Part shown: positions 17,010 through 24,833 of the stretch, piece by piece
Layout of the letters: the number at the start of each line of letters is the position of its first letter
Position numbering within the stretch: the first letter of the stretch is position 1
Origin: an uncultured Gammaproteobacteria bacterium
GTDB lineage: Bacteria; Patescibacteriota; Patescibacteriia; CAIXNZ01
Assembly (NCBI GenBank): GCA_964590345.1
Contig: CAZPVP010000005.1
Coordinates: 1 to 42,576, forward strand
DNA length: 42,576 bases
Direction of reading: 5' to 3'
Notes under the pieces: model-generated
The model's input: the letters and a program-made list of their open reading frames with translations, nothing else
Told to the model about the DNA's origin: nothing
Databases searched by the model: none
Translations under genes and position numbers: made by a program

Positions 17010-17786
17010 TTATTTATTCTCTTTTATGGCAATATATTTTTCAGCTCCTTGCCAGGCCAGTTCAAATAAGGATCTTAAACCTTCAACAATATCTTTACTT
17101 TCAATAACAATCCCGATCCATTTATTCTTTACTGAAATAAGAGCTACTTTATTCTTATACAAAACAAAATCAGCAAAAAAAGGAAATTTATTTAAAGGCA
17201 AATATCGCCTTTCTTCCCCCTTTATAAGAGGTAAGCTTGGGATCTCTTTTTTAGAATCATAAACAGCTATTGTTCTGCCCTGAATATTTTTCTTATTATA
17301 TTTTTGACGATGATCATTTTTAGAAGAGGGAAAATATTTTAAGGCAATATTAATATTAAAAATATTATCAATTTTTTTAGCTTTACTTTTTAAAATATCT
17401 TTTTGAATCATAGCAATACCGTCCCGGCCTTCAAAAAATTTAACTTTTGTCCTTTCAGTTGTTAATCGCCCCAGCATTTCTAATTCCGGCATTATTTTTT
17501 TTGCAATTTCTATTTTATCATTAAGATCTTTTTTCTCCTGATATAGTAAATCTAACATCTGCAAAGGATTTTCAATGATAAAATAAGTTTTTTTGTTGCG
17601 GCTGGTGTTCTTAATTAAATTCTTTTTTTCTAAAGATTCCAAAATAACATAAGTGGTAGCCCGATTCAAGCCGGATTTGGTAGCTAACTCTTGAGCAGTG
17701 GCATCACCCATTTCTAACAAAGCCACATAAACTTTAGCTTCTTTTTCGGTCATGCCTAATTGCTCAAGCTGTTTATTCAAAGTCAT
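17010..17786 (-). CDS. TrmB-family transcriptional regulator
   Basis: N-terminal LGMTEKEAKVYVALLEMGDATAQELATKSGLNRATTYVILESLEKKNLI (TrmB HTH). Confidence 0.85.
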   Translation of the reverse strand: MTLNKQLEQLGMTEKEAKVYVALLEMGDATAQELATKSGLNRATTYVILESLEKKNLIKNTSRNKKTYFIIENPLQMLDLLYQEKKDLNDKIEIAKKIMPELEMLGRLTTERTKVKFFEGRDGIAMIQKDILKSKAKKIDNIFNINIALKYFPSSKNDHRQKYNKKNIQGRTIAVYDSKKEIPSLPLIKGEERRYLPLNKFPFFADFVLYKNKVALISVKNKWIGIVIESKDIVEGLRSLFELAWQGAEKYIAIKENK

Positions 17787-17873
17787 AATTTTAATAATTA
17801 TTGAACCATAAATCCCTTATCACGAATTATAGCGATTAATTCGCGGGATTAGTGGTTATGAATTAGTATTTTT

Positions 17874-18431
17874 TTACACTTTTTTATATAAATAAATGCT
17901 GTCTTTGGCTGTTGCATATTCAATATTTTCTTTAAAATTTTGCGCCTCCTCTAAATTAAACATATAAGAAACAATACGGCTGCCTTTTTTGAGTAGTTGA
18001 AATTTAGGCTCTAAAATTCTTAATGCTTCTGGTGTCAAAAAAGAAAAAATTACATCAAAATTATATAAATCCAAATTAAAAAAATCTGCTTTAATTATTT
18101 GGATTCTTTTTCTTAAAAAAGGATGGAATAAAAGCCGTAATTTGGTAATTGTTCGCAAAATAAAAGACATTTCAATGCCAATAATTAAATTATGTTTATG
18201 CCTTTTTGCTACAGCAATAACTATCCGGCCCGTACCAGAGCCCAAATCACAAACATGTTCGCCTTTTTTTATTTTAGCCAAATCAATCATTATTTTAATC
18301 ATCTTTTTCGGGGTTGGCACATAAGGGACAATGTTTTTAAAACTAATCATTATAAAAGCTATATATCCTAAAATAATTATCAGACATAGCAAAAAGAAAA
18401 TTTGCAAAATTAATAAAATTGTTACTATCAT
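17874..18431 (-). CDS. Membrane-anchored class I SAM-dependent methyltransferase
   Basis: Motif I VCDLGSGTGRIVI. N-terminal TM segment. Confidence 0.75.
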   Translation of the reverse strand: MIVTILLILQIFFLLCLIIILGYIAFIMISFKNIVPYVPTPKKMIKIMIDLAKIKKGEHVCDLGSGTGRIVIAVAKRHKHNLIIGIEMSFILRTITKLRLLFHPFLRKRIQIIKADFFNLDLYNFDVIFSFLTPEALRILEPKFQLLKKGSRIVSYMFNLEEAQNFKENIEYATAKDSIYLYKKV

Positions 18432-18436
18432 ATTTT

Positions 18437-19057
18437 TTAATCTTTTTTACGAATTGCCCAAAAATAATAAAGCGAGGTCACAGTCAACCAAACATTTAAA
18501 ACTAAAAAGACAGGATTTAAAATATTAAAACTCACTAAATAACTTATTAAAGCAACATGAGCGATTGTTTTAAAATATGGGATGTCAGGTGTTACGCTTA
18601 TTAACCAGTCACTTGGCTGACCCGCTCTCTTTTTAATTGTGGCTAATAATTGCGTAACCAATTCTATTAAAATATTATAAGCTAAAAGCCAAGCCAAAGC
18701 TGCTTGTAAATAAATAAAACCAACAATAACAAAAGCATACATAAAATTATCAACCACTGAATCCAAAAATCTGCCTTTATCACTTTGTATATTTAGATAA
18801 CGAGCCAAGGCACCATCAATTAGATCTAAAAACCAAAATAAAAGATAAAGAACTAAAACCCCCCATAAATTTTCTAAATAAAAATAACAAGCTAAAGGAA
18901 AAACAAAAAGCAAACGAAAAGAAGTGATTTTATTGGGCGTAATTTTTAATTTAGCCAATAATTTTAATAAGGGCAAAAAAATAATTGCCCGCCATTTATA
19001 AGAAAGTTTTTTGAATTTTTGATAACTTTTTTCAAAACCCATGGATTTAATAATCAA
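18437..19057 (-). CDS. CDP-alcohol phosphatidyltransferase family protein
   Basis: DLIDGALARYLNIQSDKGRFLDSVVD fits D-x2-DG-x2-AR-x8-G-x3-D-x3-D. Multiple TM segments. Confidence 0.9.
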   Translation of the reverse strand: MIIKSMGFEKSYQKFKKLSYKWRAIIFLPLLKLLAKLKITPNKITSFRLLFVFPLACYFYLENLWGVLVLYLLFWFLDLIDGALARYLNIQSDKGRFLDSVVDNFMYAFVIVGFIYLQAALAWLLAYNILIELVTQLLATIKKRAGQPSDWLISVTPDIPYFKTIAHVALISYLVSFNILNPVFLVLNVWLTVTSLYYFWAIRKKD

Positions 19058-19071
19058 TTATCAATAACCAA
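19051..19071. repeat. Heptamer-phased tract (TAATCAA TTATCAA TAACCAA), left flank of the four-helix-bundle gene
   Basis: Read directly. AATAACCAAT (19063-19072) is complementary to ATTGGTTATT (19520-19529). Confidence 0.8.
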
Positions 19072-19115
19072 TCATTAAAAAATTTATAAATTTTAATAAA
19101 TAATAACTAAAAATA

Positions 19116-19486
19116 TTATTTTTCACTTTTCTTGGTTATTATTGAGGTAAATATTTTAATAAACTCTGTTGCTTCTCTTATTAAATCATTTTGTTTTTCC
19201 AATAGTTTTTCGTCATCATTAATATCCATTAATTTTAACCATAAGAGAATCTCTTTAGCTTCTTTACGGCAAATCTTAATTCTATATATAAATCTTTATC
19301 ACTTAAACATTCATTAGCTTCAATATAATTAGCAGCTGTAGACCCAGAAGCTCTTATTAATTGTTTATTATACTCAAAATCAGCCGAAGTTTTAGGAGTT
19401 TGTTTGGTGAAATCCCTACATCCTTTTGCAAATTTAAAAATCCTCTCTTCTAAATCAAATTGTGTAAATTTTTTCTCGTCCCCCAT
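19116..19486 (-). pseudogene. Four-helix-bundle (23S rRNA IVS-type, TIGR02436-like) protein gene with a 1-nt frameshift
   Basis: The frame from 19486 gives ...GSTAANYIEANECLSDKDLYIELR and then stops. The shifted frame continues ICRKEAKEILLWLKLMDINDDEKLLEKQNDLIREATEFIKIFTSII to a stop at 19116. The shift lies near 19270-19280. Confidence 0.75.
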
Positions 19487-19495
19487 CTTTATAAT

Positions 19496-19538
19496 TTAAT
19501 TATTAATTATTGTTTGATTATTGGTTATTGGTTATTGG
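19496..19538. repeat. Heptamer-phased tract (TTAATTA x2, TTGTTTG, then TTATTGG x3), right flank of the four-helix-bundle gene
   Basis: Three perfect tandem TTATTGG copies at 19518-19538. Inverted relative to 19051-19071. Confidence 0.85.
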
Positions 19539-19550
19539 AGGTTAAAATAT

Positions 19551-20090
19551 TTACCAAGCAACTTTTTTAATTTTTAATTTATAACCTAGCCAATTAGTTA
19601 TTAGAGGTAAAAATGGAGAAATAACAATTATCAATATAGTAATGGCCCAGCTGGGGATATAAACTAAATGAATCAGGACCAAAGCGCCTAAAAAATCCAG
19701 CTGGTCCCAGGGGAACCATTTTGCGCCTGGTTTTAAATTTTGCCGGCGTTTAATAAAACTTTTGACTGCATCGCCTAAAATCACGCCAAAACCAAATAAA
19801 AATCCAAAAACTAAACAAGAAATGCGCGCATAATCCAAGATGCTTAATTGTTTAAAAAAAGTAAAATTGTATAAATACTTCTGCAGTAAAGCTACTAAAA
19901 TACCTGCTATTATTGCAGCGATCAGCCCTCGCCAGGTTTTATTTTTGCCTAATATTGGTTTGCCTTTATAAGTTTTATTAAAATCAATTGGTAAAGCTAA
20001 TTTATTGCCAAAAATTTTTGTTGCAAAAACTGGTGCCATATTAGCAAAATAAGCTGGCAGCATAAAATATAGTGCTTGAAGTATAATCAT
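19551..20090 (-). CDS. CarS-like (DUF46, CDP-archaeol synthase family) membrane protein
   Basis: PIDFNKTYKGKPILGKNKTWRG, GDAVKSFIKRR, DQLDFL and a C-terminal KLKIKKVAW. These parallel the conserved blocks of archaeal CarS as I recall them. Confidence 0.8.
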   Translation of the reverse strand: MIILQALYFMLPAYFANMAPVFATKIFGNKLALPIDFNKTYKGKPILGKNKTWRGLIAAIIAGILVALLQKYLYNFTFFKQLSILDYARISCLVFGFLFGFGVILGDAVKSFIKRRQNLKPGAKWFPWDQLDFLGALVLIHLVYIPSWAITILIIVISPFLPLITNWLGYKLKIKKVAW

Positions 20091-20188
20091 AATTTAGTAA
20101 TTTGTAATTTGGCATTAGGCAATAGCCATAGACTTTTATATAAAAATTTAAAAAAATATTAAGTACTAATGCCTAATTACTATTGACT
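20091..20188. repeat. Inverted pair of heptamer-phased tracts (20091-20132 and 20161-20188)
   Basis: AATTTAG TAATTTG TAATTTG GCATTAG GCAATAG CCATAGA versus AAGTACT AATGCCT AATTACT ATTGACT. GGCATTAG and CTAATGCC are complementary. Confidence 0.7.
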
Positions 20189-20239
20189 TTTATATTTAAA
20201 ATTATAGCAAAAAAAAGCAAATTTTACGATATTTTAAGA

Positions 20240-20268
20240 TTGACTTTTTTAAATTTTTATGCTAAAAT
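20240..20268 (+). promoter_or_regulatory. Promoter of the tRNA pair
   Basis: TTGACT, a 17-nt spacer ending TGc, then TAAAAT. The predicted start lies a few nt before tRNA position 1. Confidence 0.6.
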
Positions 20269-20276
20269 TTTTTTAT

Positions 20277-20353
20277 GCACCTGTAGCTCAATTGGATAGA
20301 GCGCCTGGCTTCGGACCAGGAGGTTGAGGGTTCGAGTCCTTCCGGGTGCACCA
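20277..20353 (+). tRNA. tRNA-Arg (anticodon TCG), CCA encoded
   Basis: Hand-folded cloverleaf. Acceptor GCACCTG/CGGGTGC, anticodon stem CCTGG/CCAGG, loop CTTCGGA, T-loop TTCGAGT. Confidence 0.9.
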
Positions 20354-20426
20354 GGGTGCATAGCTCAGTTGGTAGAGCAGCTGCCTCTTAAGCAGCGGGT
20401 CGGGGGTTCGAATCCTCCTGCACCCA
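20354..20426 (+). tRNA. tRNA-Lys (anticodon CTT), starting immediately after the CCA of tRNA-Arg
   Basis: Acceptor GGGTGCA/TGCACCC, anticodon stem GCTGC/GCAGC, loop CTCTTAA, T-loop TTCGAAT. Confidence 0.9.
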
Positions 20427-20428
20427 CG

Positions 20429-20728
20429 ATGAAATACTATGTTTACTTTTTATTAAGTTTAAAAGATAATAAATTTTATATTGGCTGTACTACGATGTAT
20501 CCGCTAAAAAGATTAAATTTGTATCATAATAAAAATAAAGTGAAATCTACTAGGCACCGCACTCCTTTTATTTTATGCTATTATGAAATTTATAATGATA
20601 AAAATTTAGCTTTTAAAAAAGAATTTTATTTGAAGCATCCAAAAGGATACAAAGAAAAGCTTGCTATAATAAATTTAATAGAAAATACTCCAAAAGATAA
20701 ATTGCCAATAATTAAAAAAATGTATTAA
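20429..20728 (+). CDS. GIY-YIG nuclease-domain protein (99 aa)
   Basis: KYYVYFLLSLKDNKFYIGCTTMYPLKRLNLYH shows the GIY...YIG motifs. The ORF-track N-terminus (20324-20428) is a read-through of the tRNA genes. Confidence 0.8.
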   Translation: MKYYVYFLLSLKDNKFYIGCTTMYPLKRLNLYHNKNKVKSTRHRTPFILCYYEIYNDKNLAFKKEFYLKHPKGYKEKLAIINLIENTPKDKLPIIKKMY

Positions 20729-20731
20729 TTT

Positions 20732-20813
20732 TCAGGTAGAGCAGCCCCAAAGGTGCCCCTTTGGGGCTGCCTCTTAAGCAGCGGGTCGGGGGTTCGAATC
20801 CTCCTGCACCCAC
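20732..20813 (+). pseudogene. Partial tRNA-Lys copy: D-loop to 3' end, interrupted by a 22-nt palindrome and lacking the 5' acceptor strand
   Basis: TCAGGTAGAGCAG, then CCCCAAAGGTGCCCCTTTGGGG (20745-20766), then 47 nt identical to the tRNA-Lys 3' part. Confidence 0.8.
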
Positions 20814-20830
20814 ATTAATAAATTTTTTAT

Positions 20831-21406
20831 ATGGAAAATACTGAAATCGAAATTCAAGTCAAAATTGAAAAAAGTCAGCCGCTTTTAAATTTCTTAGAAA
20901 AAAATGCCGAATTCAAAACTCAAAAACATCAAATTGATGAATATTTTACTCCTGTTCATCACGATTTTACTAATGTTCGTCCTGTTAAAGAATGGTTGCG
21001 CCTCAGAAATGCTGAGGGAAATTATTCTATAAATTATAAAAACTGGCACTTTGATGATCAGGGCAAAAGCCATTATTGTGACGAGTACGAAACTAAAATT
21101 GAAGATTTAGATAAACTGAAAAAAATATTAATAGCTTTAAATTTTAAATCCTTAACTATTGTTAATAAAACAAGAAGAACTTGGCTCTATAAAAATTATG
21201 AAATTGCTATTGACTCTGTTAAAAATCTCGGGGATTTTGTTGAAATTGAATATATGGGCGAAGAAGAAAATTTTGAGCCTAAAAAAATCACTGAAGAAAT
21301 GATAAGTTTTCTAAAAAAAATTGATTGCGGTAAAATTGAAAGAAATTATCTTGGTTATCCTTTTCTCTTATTATTTCCTAATGAAGCTAAATGGGAAACT
21401 CAATAA
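20831..21406 (+). CDS. CYTH-domain protein (class IV adenylate cyclase / triphosphatase-like)
   Basis: N-terminal EIEIQVKIE (ExExK) and C-terminal LGDFVEIEY. Confidence 0.75.
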   Translation: MENTEIEIQVKIEKSQPLLNFLEKNAEFKTQKHQIDEYFTPVHHDFTNVRPVKEWLRLRNAEGNYSINYKNWHFDDQGKSHYCDEYETKIEDLDKLKKILIALNFKSLTIVNKTRRTWLYKNYEIAIDSVKNLGDFVEIEYMGEEENFEPKKITEEMISFLKKIDCGKIERNYLGYPFLLLFPNEAKWETQ

Positions 21407-21418
21407 ATTTATAATCCT

Positions 21419-21829
21419 ATGAAAATTACTATCTGCGGTAGCATGGTTTTTGCTCAACAAATGCTGGACGTGCAAAAACAATTAGTTGAATTGGGACATG
21501 AAACAATTGTGCCTATTGATACTCATGATTGTTTAGCTAAGCCAGAATTACAAGTTGATTTAGACTGGTGTACGAGTCAAAATCTTGATAAAGATCATTT
21601 TAATAAAATAGCTGATAGTGATGCGGTCCTAATTTTAAATTATCCGAAAAATAATATCAAAGGATATATTGGTGGTTCAAGTTTAATGGAATTGGCAGTT
21701 GCCAGACATTTAGATAAAAAAATCTTTATTTTGCATGATTTACCAAACGAAGACGATTTGAGATATGTTTTAGAAATAAAAACTATGAAACCAATTATCC
21801 TAAACGGCGATCTAACAAAAATCAGTTGA
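21419..21829 (+). CDS. Nucleoside 2-deoxyribosyltransferase-like protein
   Basis: MKITICGSM..., ADSDAVLILNY and GYIGGSSLMELAVARHLDKKIFIL resemble the NDT-like fold pattern. Confidence 0.5.
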   Translation: MKITICGSMVFAQQMLDVQKQLVELGHETIVPIDTHDCLAKPELQVDLDWCTSQNLDKDHFNKIADSDAVLILNYPKNNIKGYIGGSSLMELAVARHLDKKIFILHDLPNEDDLRYVLEIKTMKPIILNGDLTKIS

Positions 21830-21864
21830 TTCAGCTTTCAGCATTCATAATTCATAATTCAAAA
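21830..21864. repeat. Heptamer tandem tract: TTCAGCT TTCAGCA TTCATAA TTCATAA TTCAAAA
   Basis: Read directly. Five phased TTCAnnn units immediately after the stop codon. Confidence 0.85.
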
Positions 21865-22069
21865 TACTATGGCAAAATCAAAAAAGAAAACAACAGGGGT
21901 TAAAAATCCCAGATTAAAATGGCGGAAGAAAAAAGCAGGCAAAAAGAAAAAAAATTGACCCACTGCGGAATTCGGGCTTTAGCCTTTTAATTTAAAACTC
22001 TAAAGAGGAAATTCCACAAAAGCCAATTTTTTATCTTTGCCTTTCCCCAATTTTTATGCTAAAAAAAGT

Positions 22070-22537
22070 ATGGAGTATCCATTTAATTACATTACCAATC
22101 TCTGCTATTTAATTAATGATAAAAATCAGGTGCTTTTGATAATGAAAAAAAAGGGATTTGGCCGGGGTAAATGGAATGGACCTGGCGGCAAAGTTCAAGA
22201 AGGTGAATCTTTGGAACAAGCTGCTATTCGTGAAGTGCAAGAAGAAGCTAGTTTAAAGCCAATAAAACCAAAATATTTAGGATTTATTGAATTTATCTGG
22301 CTCAATCAGGAAAAAAATAACCAACGCTGCCATATTTTTTTAACAAAAAATTTCACTGGCAAACTCTGTGAATCAGAAGAATGTCTGCCAAAATGGTTTA
22401 ATATTGATAAAACACCTTATGATCAAATGTGGGAAGACGATATTTACTGGCTACCACAAGCCTTAGCCGGCCAAGAAATCAAATATCGTTTTTTCTTTGA
22501 TGAGAATAATAAGTATTTAAAACATGAAAAGATTTAA
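22070..22537 (+). CDS. Nudix hydrolase (MutT-like)
   Basis: Nudix box GGKVQEGESLEQAAIREVQEEASL. The ATG at 22070 is preferred over the TTG at 22037. Confidence 0.85.
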   Translation: MEYPFNYITNLCYLINDKNQVLLIMKKKGFGRGKWNGPGGKVQEGESLEQAAIREVQEEASLKPIKPKYLGFIEFIWLNQEKNNQRCHIFLTKNFTGKLCESEECLPKWFNIDKTPYDQMWEDDIYWLPQALAGQEIKYRFFFDENNKYLKHEKI

Positions 22538-22593
22538 TAGCCTATTGCATCTGGCTTATAGCTAATGGCTATTTGCTATATGCCATTTGCCAA
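22538..22593. repeat. Eight phased heptamers: TAGCCTA TTGCATC TGGCTTA TAGCTAA TGGCTAT TTGCTAT ATGCCAT TTGCCAA
   Basis: Read directly. tNGCnnn pattern with strict 7-nt phase. Confidence 0.85.
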
Positions 22594-22597
22594 ACTT

Positions 22598-23173
22598 ATG
22601 AATATCGAATACGAAGCAACATTTACCCAAATAAATAAAGGTGGCATCAGGAAAAAGCTCCAAGATATTGAAGCTAAATTAATTAAGCCCGAATTTTTAA
22701 TGAAACGGGTTGTTTTTCATCCGCCAAAACATATTAAAAATGGCTGGATGAGAGTGCGTGATGAGGGTGATAAAATTACTTTGGGTTTAAAAGTAATTGA
22801 GGGTAATAAAATAACTGATCAAAAAGAAATTGAACTGGTAATTAATGATTTAAATGAGGGCTTTAAACTGCTTGAAGCCATAGGTGCCCGAAAAAAATCT
22901 TACCAAGAAACAAAAAGAGAGCTTTGGCATTTAGATGGACTGGAAATAACAATTGATACCTGGCCAGGTTTGCAGCCCCTTATTGAGATTGAAGGCAAAA
23001 ATGAAGAAAAAGTTAAAAAAACAGCAACCAAGCTTGGCTTTAACTGGCAAGAAGCGGTATTTGGTGCCACTGATGAAATTTATGAAAGAGAATTGGGTAT
23101 ACCCAAAAAAATTATTAACCAACAGACACCGGAAATAACATTTGAAAATCCACCGAAAAAGTATAAAAAATAA
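22598..23173 (+). CDS. Second CYTH-like domain protein with a degenerate ExExK motif
   Basis: NIEYEATF..., WMRVRDEGDKITLGLK and PLIEIEG. The ATG at 22598 is preferred because the ATG at 22565 lies inside the heptamer tract. Confidence 0.6.
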   Translation: MNIEYEATFTQINKGGIRKKLQDIEAKLIKPEFLMKRVVFHPPKHIKNGWMRVRDEGDKITLGLKVIEGNKITDQKEIELVINDLNEGFKLLEAIGARKKSYQETKRELWHLDGLEITIDTWPGLQPLIEIEGKNEEKVKKTATKLGFNWQEAVFGATDEIYERELGIPKKIINQQTPEITFENPPKKYKK

Positions 23174-23265
23174 AAAATCACTCCTACCTCGGAAGGACAT
23201 GCTTCAGCTTGTTACTGTAACAGACTAAAGTCTGTCCATCTGTTAAGAGTGATTTTTGTTTCCAC

Positions 23266-23967
23266 TCACTCCCAATTTTTAACCTGTAAAGCTTCTTGCG
23301 CAGCTTCAACTTGCGCTTCCTGTTTCGAAGATCCCTCGCCCTTAGCGACCAAATCTTTTTTCAAAAAAACTCCCACAATAAAATGTTTGGCATGATCAGG
23401 TCCTGATTCTTCTAAAACTTTATAAACCGGCGTAACGCCTACTTTATCCTGGGCAATTTCCTGAAAACGGCTTTTAGGATCCTGATATAATTTATTTTCC
23501 AAAATTTCAGGTAATTTCACCATAATGTTATCCATAATAAATTCTTGCGATACTTCATAGCCTTTATCTAAATAAATTGCCCCAATAATTGCCTCCATTG
23601 CATTAGCCAAAATATATTGCCGTGCTTTTGATTCTTTATCTCTTGCTTCACCTTTACTTAAATAAAGATATTCTTCAATCCCTAGCTCTCTAGCGATTTC
23701 AGAAAGCATATTAGAATTAACCAAAGAAGCTCGCCAGTTGGTTAATTCACCTTCAGGATTGGAATAATTTTTATACAGATATTCAGTCACAACTAATTCC
23801 AAAACCGCATCTCCTAAAAATTCTAAACGCTCGTTATGGTCAAGTTCAAATTCTGGATGTTCATTTAAATAAGAACGGTGAACAACCGCTTGCTTAATTA
23901 AATCTTTATTTGTAAACTTCACTCCTATTTTTTTTTCTAATTTTGAAAAACCTTTCATAGGTTTCAA
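23266..23967 (-). CDS. rnc: Ribonuclease III
   Basis: Signature ERLEFLGDAVLELVVTEYLY plus a C-terminal dsRBD. Confidence 0.95.
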   Translation of the reverse strand: MKPMKGFSKLEKKIGVKFTNKDLIKQAVVHRSYLNEHPEFELDHNERLEFLGDAVLELVVTEYLYKNYSNPEGELTNWRASLVNSNMLSEIARELGIEEYLYLSKGEARDKESKARQYILANAMEAIIGAIYLDKGYEVSQEFIMDNIMVKLPEILENKLYQDPKSRFQEIAQDKVGVTPVYKVLEESGPDHAKHFIVGVFLKKDLVAKGEGSSKQEAQVEAAQEALQVKNWE

Positions 23968-23970
23968 GGC

Positions 23971-24040
23971 CTATGGTAAATAGCAAATGGCAAATGGTTA
24001 TTCCATATGCAATATGCTATTTGCCATATAGCAAATTAAT
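23971..24040. repeat. Ten phased heptamers forming an imperfect palindrome (AAATAGC AAATGGC AAATGGT ... TATGCTA TTTGCCA TATAGCA)
   Basis: Read directly. The 5' half is roughly complementary to the 3' half. Confidence 0.8.
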
Positions 24041-24047
24041 AATTATA

Positions 24048-24482
24048 TTACTCTTTTATTTCTCCTTTTTTTTCCATCTCTTTATAAATCGCACCTAAAA
24101 CACCGTTAACAAACTTGCCCGATGATTCTCCGCCATAAGTTTTGGCAACTTCTATTGCCTCATTAATCGCCACCTTAGATGGAATATCAGGGTCAAATTT
24201 TAACTCAAAAATGCCTATTCTTAAAATATTGCGATCAACAATAGTAATTTGCTCCAATGGCCATTCAGTTGCATATTTCTTGATCAATTCATCAATTTCT
24301 TTTTTATTTTTCAAAACTCCTTCAATTAAATGCTTAGCAAATCCCTCATCATCAAAACTCGGCGCAAATTCTTCTAAATTGCGCTCTAAAATTTCATCAA
24401 GATTTTTCTCTTGACTATTATTAAAATCCCATTGATAAAGTGTTTGCATCGCTATAGTACGTGAAAGATGACGATTAGCCAT
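24048..24482 (-). CDS. nusB: Transcription antitermination factor NusB
   Basis: [13 protein letters not shown]... and [26 protein letters not shown]. Confidence 0.9.
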   Translation of the reverse strand: MANRHLSRTIAMQTLYQWDFNNSQEKNLDEILERNLEEFAPSFDDEGFAKHLIEGVLKNKKEIDELIKKYATEWPLEQITIVDRNILRIGIFELKFDPDIPSKVAINEAIEVAKTYGGESSGKFVNGVLGAIYKEMEKKGEIKE

Positions 24483-24594
24483 GAATTTTGGGTATTAATA
24501 ATTAATTTTAAACGCAAAAATTGCTTACAAAAAACACTTAAGCCTTTTTGTGTTTCGTAAAATTTTCAGTAATTTAATTTTATCCTGTTTATCC

Positions 24595-24825
24595 TTATTC
24601 GGTTTGCTTTTCCTTTTGTTTGCGTAATTTTTTTTCTTCCTTTTTATCCAATTTTGATTTTAATATCTCTTTATTTTTATAAGATCCACAAAAAGCACAA
24701 ACCTGATGTGGTAATTTTGCTCTTCTGCATTTAGGACACAAAACTGTCTTGACTTTTTTTATAGCAAAATGTGATGCTCTTCTTTTTTTTGACCCCTTGG
24801 TTCTTTTCTTTTTTGGTACAGACAT
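24595..24825 (-). CDS. rpmF: 50S ribosomal protein bL32 with a Lys/Glu-rich C-terminal extension
   Basis: MSVPKKKRTKGSKKRRASH...CPKCRRAKLPHQVCAFCGSY. The start at 24825 (Met13 of the track ORF) is preferred. Confidence 0.9.
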   Translation of the reverse strand: MSVPKKKRTKGSKKRRASHFAIKKVKTVLCPKCRRAKLPHQVCAFCGSYKNKEILKSKLDKKEEKKLRKQKEKQTE

Positions 24826-24833
24826 AATATTAC

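Larger units (their letters stand above)
20381..20813 (+). mobile_element. GIY-YIG gene cassette bracketed by 47-bp perfect direct repeats of the tRNA-Lys 3' part
   Basis: 20381-20427 is identical to 20767-20813 (CTGCCTCTTAAGCAGCGGGTCGGGGGTTCGAATCCTCCTGCACCCAC). Confidence 0.6.

Noticed and set aside
20324-20428. N-terminal 35 residues of the ORF-track protein 20324..20728 (MRVRVLPGAPGCIAQLVEQ...).
   Set aside because: This stretch is an open-frame read-through of the tRNA-Arg 3' end and the whole tRNA-Lys gene. The real GIY-YIG CDS starts at the ATG at 20429.
21869-21958. 29-codon Lys-rich ORF (MAKSKKKTTGVKNPRLKWRKKKAGKKKKN) after the heptamer tract.
   Set aside because: It has no SD and no recognisable family, and its composition is what A-rich DNA yields by chance. 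It is kept only as a note.
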